A DNA stretch of 64,000 bases from Eledone cirrhosa (Eukaryota), in contig OZ024758.1 of NCBI GenBank assembly GCA_964016885.1, forward strand, positions 868,001 to 932,000, given 5' to 3'. Shown one piece after another: positions 54,418 to 64,000 of this stretch. The translations under genes were made by a program, and so were the position numbers. Position 1 is the first letter of the stretch, and the number at the start of each line of letters is the position of its first letter. The notes under the pieces were generated by a model, which did not search any database, had not been told where the DNA came from, and was given only the letters and a program-made list of their open reading frames with translations.

Positions 54418-54505
54418 ATAATTTGATTTAATTTTATATTATAACATGAGTTGGTAGATCTACCAACTCATGTTATTATATTATTATAAAATTAAATCAA
54501 ATTAT
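54418..54505. repeat. Near-perfect ~88-bp palindrome
   Basis: ATAATTTGATTTAATTTTATA..TAACATGAGTTGGTAGA|TCTACCAACTCATGTTA..TATAAAATTAAATCAAATTAT. Confidence 0.85.
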
Positions 54506-54735
54506 TTAGAACTACAAGTGAAGTCATTGTTTTCCTTTTTTTCATATCCAGGCATTACATTGTTAGGTCAGATCGAACCTTGGGCTGATCAGTGGCGAAA
54601 CGCGCGTCACCAACAAATAAATATAATGAAGGAGTAACCAATCGTCCTTGTTATCTTATTTGACTATATATATATATATATATGGAGAGACAGAGTGCGA
54701 GACAGGAAGTGAGAAAGAGATATAGAAGAAAAATC

Positions 54736-54888
54736 TACCCCAGTACTAGACTGGTACTTTTTTATCGACCTTGAAAGAATGAAAAGCAAAGTTGACCTCG
54801 GCGGGATTTGAACTCAGAGAGCAGAGAGTCAGAACGAATGCCATAAAGCATTCTTATCCGACGTTCTAACGACTCTGCCAATTCGCCG
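54736..54888 (-). mobile_element. SINE family A, diverged subfamily copy
   Basis: CTGGTACTTTT..GCAAAGTTGACCTCGGCGGGATTTGAACTCAG..CTGCCAATTCGCC. Confidence 0.8.
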
Positions 54889-54937
54889 ACTGGCCTTCAA
54901 ATTAATATACTGAAACCCACCTTACGGACTTAAGTTG

Positions 54938-55084
<147 letters not shown>

Positions 55085-55729
55085 GGGGTGTGTATGGGTT
55101 GTTATGTGTGAAATGCTGTCAAAAGTAAATGAAACACGAAAGATGTAGGCGTGCGTGCATGCGTCTTTGCATGCGGCTTTCTCTATGTCAGACTCCGTAT
55201 GTATGTGTCTGTTTCACTACCTATGACTACCACCTTTATCCATTGTTCTTCCTTTTACAAAAAAAATGTTTCAATATCTAAAACATATATTTACTTATTT
55301 CTCTTTTGTAGTTAGTTATCAGACTGCAGCATTTTATTCTTCTTAGGAAAAATCTAAAGTATTATTTGATTTCATTTGATTTATTTATCTATTGATTTCT
55401 CTATTGATTTATTTATTCATTTATTTATTTATCAGTATTGTTTGTTGATGTTGTTGGCGTTTTCTTTTGAATTATTCTGCAATATCCCTTTCCTTCTTTT
55501 TATTGTGATTGAAACCAGTAAAACTAGACAAACACATAGATACATATGTTTGTGTATAGACATATGCATATACACATCCATTTATATTTACATAGACTTA
55601 TATACGAATTTAGACTCATACATACAAATATATGTTTATGTACGTATGTATGTTCGTATATGTGTATATATATATGAATGTAGGATACTGAGAAGTCTAC
55701 AATTCTGAGAAATTATATGATCTGTTTGT

Positions 55730-55950
55730 ACACTGGTAAAGGTGCTGGACGTACGATAATAATGTCTGAGGTTGGACTGGGTTTGTGTTGTGTTCTTGAG
55801 CAAATCACTTCATTTCTCGTTGCTCCTGTATACTCAGCTTAAAATAAATACTAGCACTAGCGGGAAGTCTTGTACTATCAGTCGCTTAACGCCACGAAAA
55901 CCGGGATAAGCACCGAATCGATGAGCCTTCGGTTTCGAGACAAACTTTAG
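55730..55950 (+). mobile_element. SINE family B, old copy
   Basis: GTGTTCTTGAGCAAATCACTTCATTTCTCGTTGCTCC central motif. Confidence 0.65.
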
Positions 55951-57212
55951 ACTTTTAGATATGTAATTACGTATGTATATATTCAAAGGTTCTGTTATTT
56001 ATTCTCAAAGCAACCCAAATATTGATCAAACAGTCTCGGCACAACGACCATTTAAGGAAGTGTATATAGCAGTACATTATTTAAGTTGTTCTTTCCTAAT
56101 TTAAGAAAATATGGTGTGATTTGAGGGACATTTGGTTAGTATTTCTAGCAACACATAGGACCAGGTAGTGAGCTCATTCGTAAACACTATTATGTATTGA
56201 GTAAACTACGGAAACTACGTAAACTTGGTTTATTTTTTAATCTGACACGTGTAAAATCTGACCGACAACCACCCTATATAAGGAAGGTCACACGACCGCT
56301 CATACACGACTGCTACCGACTGCGTTCTCTTTATGTAATAATCTTTTGTATAAAAACGATGTTTTGACTTGAACAAATGAGTAATGAGAATGTTAGAGAG
56401 CATGTCAAATATTGTAAGATAGTATTTACGGCTTTACTATCTACTACAGCTGTCCAATCGATTATCGCTCTCCTTAATATTTAAAGCATGTATTCAACTA
56501 AACATACGCCTGTCCACAACTGTGGACATGTATGTATACATATATACATATATGTATACATATATATATATATATTTATGCGTGTGTATGTACGTAGTAT
56601 GTATGTTTGTATGTATGCATGCATGTATGTATGCTTGCATTATGTGTGTGTGTGTGTATATATGTATTTATCAATTTGTGAATTTATAAGTTTTGAGCTG
56701 ATTTAGATGGTTTGGGCTGATATGTTCAGCGTTAATTTAAACCCATCGTTTTGTCCTAATATATTGAGTGGTATATATATAGCTATAGTATATATAGCCA
56801 TATATATGAGTGGTATATATATACCCATAGTATATACCCATATATATGAGTGCTATATATACCCATAGTAAACCAGCGACAGAGCCCGTTGGACACCATA
56901 TGGTCGGCAGCGACATGATATGTATGAAATACAATCAACATCTTGTCATATTCCAAATAATTTTCTCCCCAATGACGGAATTGTAATTCTTTCAATATTG
57001 GTTATTCCAATGACTTGGAATAGTGGATGTTGTTTTGAATTCCAAAACCAAGGTTCAAAACTCCGATTTATTTTAGTAGGTCCACCATATATTCCGCCCA
57101 AAAAACTGATTTTGGCTTAAGCTTTAATATATATTTATATACATACACACATACATACATATATATTACAAACATACCGAGCATTATAATAAATGTTCGG
57201 TAAATGTATACG

Positions 57213-57312
<100 letters not shown>

Positions 57313-57598
57313 TATAGTGAGAGAGAAGTAGAAAAAAGACATACTATTTAAAAAGAGCTGTGGGAAGAATTGTAATCTTTTGTTTGTTTTACTTACTGCT
57401 AGTGTAAATATAAAAGTCCATAAGTACACAAGTAGAAAAGAGATTGACTCGACGCAAATACTTTAATGTTTGTTTGTATAATGGATATCAATAAATACAT
57501 GTCATGCGCCTTTTACTTTCGCTTTTATTACTTTTTCTACCGTACATTTTTTATTTCTCTTTATATTATTATTATAAATAAATAAATAAAGAAAGAAA

Positions 57599-57635
<37 letters not shown>

Positions 57636-57769
57636 TACTACTATGTTGTTGTTGCTGTTGTTGTTGTTCTTGTTATTATTATTATTACTATTATTATTAT
57701 TATGTTGTTGTTGCTGTTGTTGTTGTTAATATTTGCTATTGTTATATATATGATAATAAAACTTACAAT

Positions 57770-57970
57770 ATCTTACTTTTGGCACGAGGCCATTCATGGT
57801 GGGTGGAAGTTATTGTTGATTTAATCGACCTCAGTTCTTGACTGGTACGTTCTTTCATCGACCACGGAACAAAGTAAAGCAAATATAATATCAACGGGAT
57901 TTGACCTCTGGTCATATAGTATCCTGACTAACGACCACAAGGACTTATCCATAGCTCCTAACGATTCTGG
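57770..57970 (-). mobile_element. SINE family A, highly diverged copy
   Basis: TACTTTTGGCACGAGGCCA..ACTGGTAC..ATCGACC..CGGGATTTGACCTC. Confidence 0.65.
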
Positions 57971-58134
57971 GACTTATCCCCTTTCTGGCATTAGTTAAAG
58001 CCCAATTATTTTTGTGGGAGGTTTTATTCGATTAAGAACGACTCTTGAGGAATATTTATTGTGTTGACATCTGAAGTATGAAAGGCAGAATCAAGTCCAT
58101 TGTAAATTGACTTCAAAGTCCATGTGGCCGCAAT

Positions 58135-58350
<216 letters not shown>

Positions 58351-59401
58351 AATCACATCTAAAACATAATTATCACGTTGATGATGACAATGACAACGGT
58401 GATGATGATGATGTCTTTTATTATATATCTCACTATGCTTCATATTACCTATACTAATATATAATACGAGGTCTCTCATTAACTTATATTCTTGATTATA
58501 TTTGTATTGCTATTGTTGTTTACTCTTCCTATTGCAGTTTAGCCATAATACAGCCTTGATAGACCAGACATATAGTCAAGGTGTTTACTTCCATGGCCAC
58601 CTCGCCTTGTTATCAGAAATATATAAACATTGAATACAATTAAGTTTTTCTTCCATTTTTCTAGAAAGAGGGTTTTTGTTTGGGAAGATAATTACCTGCT
58701 ATTTCTAGCAAGCCGAGTGACCACATATATGAGCTCTCTTCGGTTTGTATGTTTGAAACTGTTGCATCTAATGAGTTTAAAGTTGACGTTAACTATGTTA
58801 TTATTTTTGTTGTATGTGTTGTTATCATTGTAGATATTGTCTTTGTTGTTATTGTTGTTGTTATCATTGTTGTTGTTTACTGATACTAGGTGAGGACGCA
58901 AAATAAGACGAAGTTCACCAAGGTGCTGTCACATTAAACGCTCCAGTGATCACAGCTGAACCACATCAGCTTGATTAGTGTCAGGTACGACAGGTAAAAA
59001 AATAAAGAAAATATGCACAAGTAAATAGAAAGTAACTCTACATAATAGGTTAAATACAATAAATAGAAACTAACTAGGGAGTCAACCCTGTTGTCGTTCA
59101 GCCTGCTAGAAGTAACAACCACATTAGACTCAAAATATCTGACACTATCTTAGATAAGAATACTTCAGTTAATCGATGAACACAGCTGGATTACTTTTGA
59201 TCCCAGTCCATCTTGACCAGTGTTGTCGAGGGATTTGTTACATCTAGGGCAATTTCACCCAATGTGAAGCTGGTTTTTGAGATGGTAAATAGTGATTTCA
59301 GGGAGAATTTAAGGGAACTTTACTCCTATTTCCAGCATTTCAAACCATCGCCAGAAAACGTCTTCCTTAGATCGTATTTTACAGTATAAAAATAGAGAAC
59401 A

Positions 59402-59495
<94 letters not shown>

Positions 59496-59629
59496 ACGTA
59501 CATATATACATATCCATATATGCATATATCATTATATATATACACACTCAAACACTCATATACATATATTTATATATATATACATATATATATATATTAC
59601 ATATACATATACACACACACACAAATATA

Positions 59630-59682
<53 letters not shown>

Positions 59683-60020
59683 TGTATATATTTAGATAGA
59701 TATTTACATTCACATCCAATCTACCTCCATGCGTCCTAGTCTTACCATTGGGATTTGTGTTTCTATTGTGATGAATGTCATTTTTGTTTGTTTTTCATGT
59801 GACAAGCTTGAAGTGAGCAGATGCCAAGTGACATCCACGTAGGTGAACGCCGTCATTGGGCGGTCTACAAGAGAACATTGACCTTGTAGCGTTCCCAGGA
59901 CACTGTTTTGAAGTGTCACTACATCTGTGTTCTCTGATTAATACTTTCAGACTTTACGTTTCCATACCATCCTGCAGATTGTGTGCCTAGAAATTAACTG
60001 ACCCAAGTATGTTGATGTGG

Positions 60021-60225
60021 AGGCACGTGGCCTAGTGGTAAGAGTGTTGCACTTGCGATCATAATGTTGTGGGTTCTATTTCTGGATTAGTGTGTATTGT
60101 GTTCTTGAACAAAACACTTCATTTCACGTTGTTCCATTATACTCAGCTGAAAATTAGTACCTGCAATAAATGAGATTTGACCCTTTGATGAACTGGCGTC
60201 TCATCCAGGGGCTATGTTTGTCATT
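60021..60225 (+). mobile_element. SINE family B copy
   Basis: AGGCACGTGGCCTAGTGGTAAG (A box), GGTTCTATTTC (degenerate B box), GTGTTCTTGAACAAAACACTTCATTTCACGTTG. Confidence 0.75.
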
Positions 60226-60804
60226 TAATGAAAGTATATTGGTCAGTGTATGAACGTTTCAGTCGTACTTCGTATCAATCATATCTCTCTCAAATTATAG
60301 AGACATTTTACTAAAACCGATTGCCAACTTAGATAATGTAACCTGATGTTATCTATGTCTAAGTCAACAGAACAGCCACAGATAGAATGCATTCGATTGT
60401 TAACAAATAGACAATAATTATCTTAAACACATTCTGTCTTACAAACTTATTAGTTAAAAACTCTTTCTAGGCAAAGCACCCTATTCATCTGCTATCATTC
60501 TTACGGTGTACCGCAAACAAGCGAATGAAAATAAAAGAGAGCTTTGACCGTATATACATAGTGCAATTTAAATAGCAACGAAATAAACCACCAGACAGAA
60601 ACGGCACTTCAGAATAGCGTGGAATCTCATGTATCAACTCCATTGTAAATACTTAAGAAACATACACTACCTTAACGGAGACACCATCTCATGCCTTAAA
60701 GCAAATCACCGTGTTTTAACAATACACACATACAATCACACTACAACCACTCGCACACACACACACATACACACATACTCACACGCACATGCACATACAC
60801 ACAT

Positions 60805-60921
<117 letters not shown>

Positions 60922-61032
60922 ATACATATACAAGCACATGCACTTTCAAACTCCGTCACGCACGTCCACATTAATATGTATATGCTGAGATATGTATTGT
61001 TATACGCATACATGCATATGTGTATATGTATG

Positions 61033-61077
<45 letters not shown>

Positions 61078-61154
61078 GCATGTATGCGTATAACAATACA
61101 TATCTCAGCTTATATATATATATATACATACATACATATATATATATATGTATA

Positions 61155-61220
<66 letters not shown>

Positions 61221-61279
61221 CATATACACATATGCATGTATGCGTATAACAATACATATCTCAGCTTATATATATATAT

Positions 61280-61431
<152 letters not shown>

Positions 61432-61585
61432 TATCCGAAAATGAGCGACGAATGAAGAGGAAGGGGACTTAAATAAATTGAGAGATGAGGCAGATATGCT
61501 GTGTATTCAGTATTATTTACTAAAAGCTATGTATATCCTCACAACACACCTAGAAAAAATATGTATACATATCTATCTATCTATC

Positions 61586-61619
<34 letters not shown>

Positions 61620-61622
61620 CAC

Positions 61623-61725
<103 letters not shown>

Positions 61726-62500
61726 CGTAATATATATGACTATGTATATGCTTACATACATATATATACGTAATATATATATATATATGCTTACATATAT
61801 ATATATGGATATATATATATATATATATATGTTTACATATATATATATATATATTTATATATTTATATATATATGTGTGTGTATATTTACACACATAATG
61901 TACATTCAATTAAACTGCTTCTAGCTTCAACTCTCGTTTTCGTTTACTTTATTTCAATGGAACCTCTTTCGCTTTTGTTACTTTTAGCCTTCGCATGTTT
62001 TTCCTAGTGAATTACTCTCTTTACAATCGCCCTGGGCCACTTTACGCCGCTGGCACATTGCGGAGTCACTCATTGTTGTTGCTTCCTATAATAATTAGAG
62101 AAAGAAAAAAGAATGTGAAATTTACTATATCGACCAAGACTCTAGTCTAGTAAAGGCGTCCATAATTTCATTCAGCCCTTTCAATTTTTTTCTTTTTGTT
62201 CTTTTCTTTGCTTGTCAATAATATTTTCAGTAAACGATAACAACTAAAAGGAAAGGAAGAGAATATAAAAATAATATGAATACGAATATGGAATAACAAT
62301 AAAGAAGGCAAAGAAATATTTCCTTCCCTCAGTGTACGAAGGTAGTTTAACTAGAATTGTTTAGTTGGTTCTTCTATAGTAAGGGCCCCTTAAGCCAAAG
62401 ATAACTAATAAAAATAGAAATAAATGTTACGCATATTCTTATATATACAACGTCCAGATACACACATACACACACATATATATACACACATACACACAAA

Positions 62501-62551
<51 letters not shown>

Positions 62552-62567
62552 TTGTTCTGCAAATAAA

Positions 62568-62643
<76 letters not shown>

Positions 62644-63074
62644 TGTATGTACACACACACACATATATATACGAGACACACCAACTGTCGCATAATTAAA
62701 ATTACACTAAAAGATATCATGTATAACTACATGTACAAACAAACAAATTTGTAAATAAATACACTTTTGTCAATTGCTTATAGAATAAATCCATAGATTG
62801 TTGCTGGCCATATTTTGGTAGAGAGCTAATAACTTCCGAATGAGCTGCTCAACCTACAGACAGACAGATACTAGTTCCATCAATTATTTAGGGAGGATCT
62901 TGATGGAAAATATTTATTTAATGTTATTTAGGATTAACAATATTGTGTCATTAGATATTAAAACGTTCTCTAGATTTAGTGCAATGATGTGAAGTAAATA
63001 AAGCTGATAAACAGAAGGTATCCAAGGTAAGTACCAATACATTCTCTATAATGTATCACTTAATGCTCTCCTGG

Positions 63075-63300
63075 TTGGTAAGGGGTCAGAGTTAGCAACT
63101 CCATCAACGAGACGAGCTGGGTGGAAACGTGTCTAATTAACGGCGACCACACATATTCACCGTCGAGGAAGTGGTGGAGGTGCCGTAGCCTAAGCGCATG
63201 TCTGCACATCATCAGCCACAGCATGCCCAGCCCTCCACGTGCTGTTGACAGCAGATGGACCGCCTGACCATCGGAGGGCATCCCTTTCATAAAAAGCATT
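63075..63300 (-). pseudogene. Degenerate fragment of a related Tx1/L1 ORF2
   Basis: GGLGMLWLMMCRHALRLRHLHHFLDGEYVWSPLIRHVSTQLVSLMEL aligns with GGLGMPWLMMRKHALRLRHLYVFLTGQPVWASFVRRTFPRLVSLTEL of the intact ORF2 (~44400-44541); frameshifted upstream. Confidence 0.9.
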
Positions 63301-63927
63301 GTGCCTAAATACAAGGTGCACATAGAAAACGGGGAATGACTTGCTTGTGCTTGCTTGGACACTAGTCAGAACTTGAGGAACAAATTCATGTCCAGTTGTA
63401 TTCCAACCACAGCTATTCTGTCTTTCTGTAAACCTATAACAAAATTATCCAATGTGTCTTTCATTTTTTTAAAAAAGAAGTTGGTGAGTAATTTGAAGAA
63501 AGTTGAGTCATAATTCTCGCAGGATGACCGTCTCGTGTCCAATTTACTCAGTCTTCCCAGTATATTATATGATGTAATTTAAAGGAATTTGACTGACTGC
63601 TATCTATAGCAAGGTGAAATACCGTGTATAATGATCAATAGTCTTAACCTAGCCACATTCATTATTTCCTTCGTACAAGTCTTCAATTCATAATGGAGTG
63701 AATAATGTATCATATGACATTGCTGAACAACTCACAGGTGTGTTATACACGAGAGAGCATTAACATTGAATCTAAGGAAAACTAGCCGTATTGAATTTAT
63801 CTGATAAACAGTGGGGAATATTTATAATTACATCTCACTAAAGTTGTAAAATCGCTAAAGCAATCCCTGTAGGCTATATGTATTATTAAGAAATCATTCA
63901 GAAAGCGTTTAATATCTCTCTCTCCCC

Positions 63928-64000
<73 letters not shown>

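Overview
AT-rich, microsatellite-saturated animal genomic DNA. The SINE and repeat content resembles an octopus/coleoid cephalopod; this is inference and was not checked. Almost all ORFs in the track are translations of (TA)n, (CA)n, (AG)n, (CAT)n or (AGT)n tracts and are not genes. The dominant real feature is an apparently intact full-length L1/Tx1-clade non-LTR retrotransposon (39830-45562, + strand). It has a perfect 20-bp target-site duplication, a CCHC-knuckle ORF1 and an APE-RT-zinc-finger ORF2. The two ORFs are in the same frame, separated by one TAA that overlaps a consensus splice donor. Both UTRs are structured, including a candidate pseudoknot and a stem-loop shared with a second element at the window start. 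Also present: two tRNA-derived SINE families, an RTE 3' fragment, mariner-like MITEs and Penelope-like remnants. The most unusual items are (i) two minus-strand type I minimal hammerhead ribozymes with covarying stem II, (ii) a twice-occurring ~460-bp fold-back element carrying two convergent tRNA-like Pol III units with terminators, and (iii) several fold-back duplications centred on (TA)n tracts. Two small minus-strand candidate host exons (49857-49955 and 37796-37836) join in frame, so the LINE may lie antisense in a host intron (low confidence).
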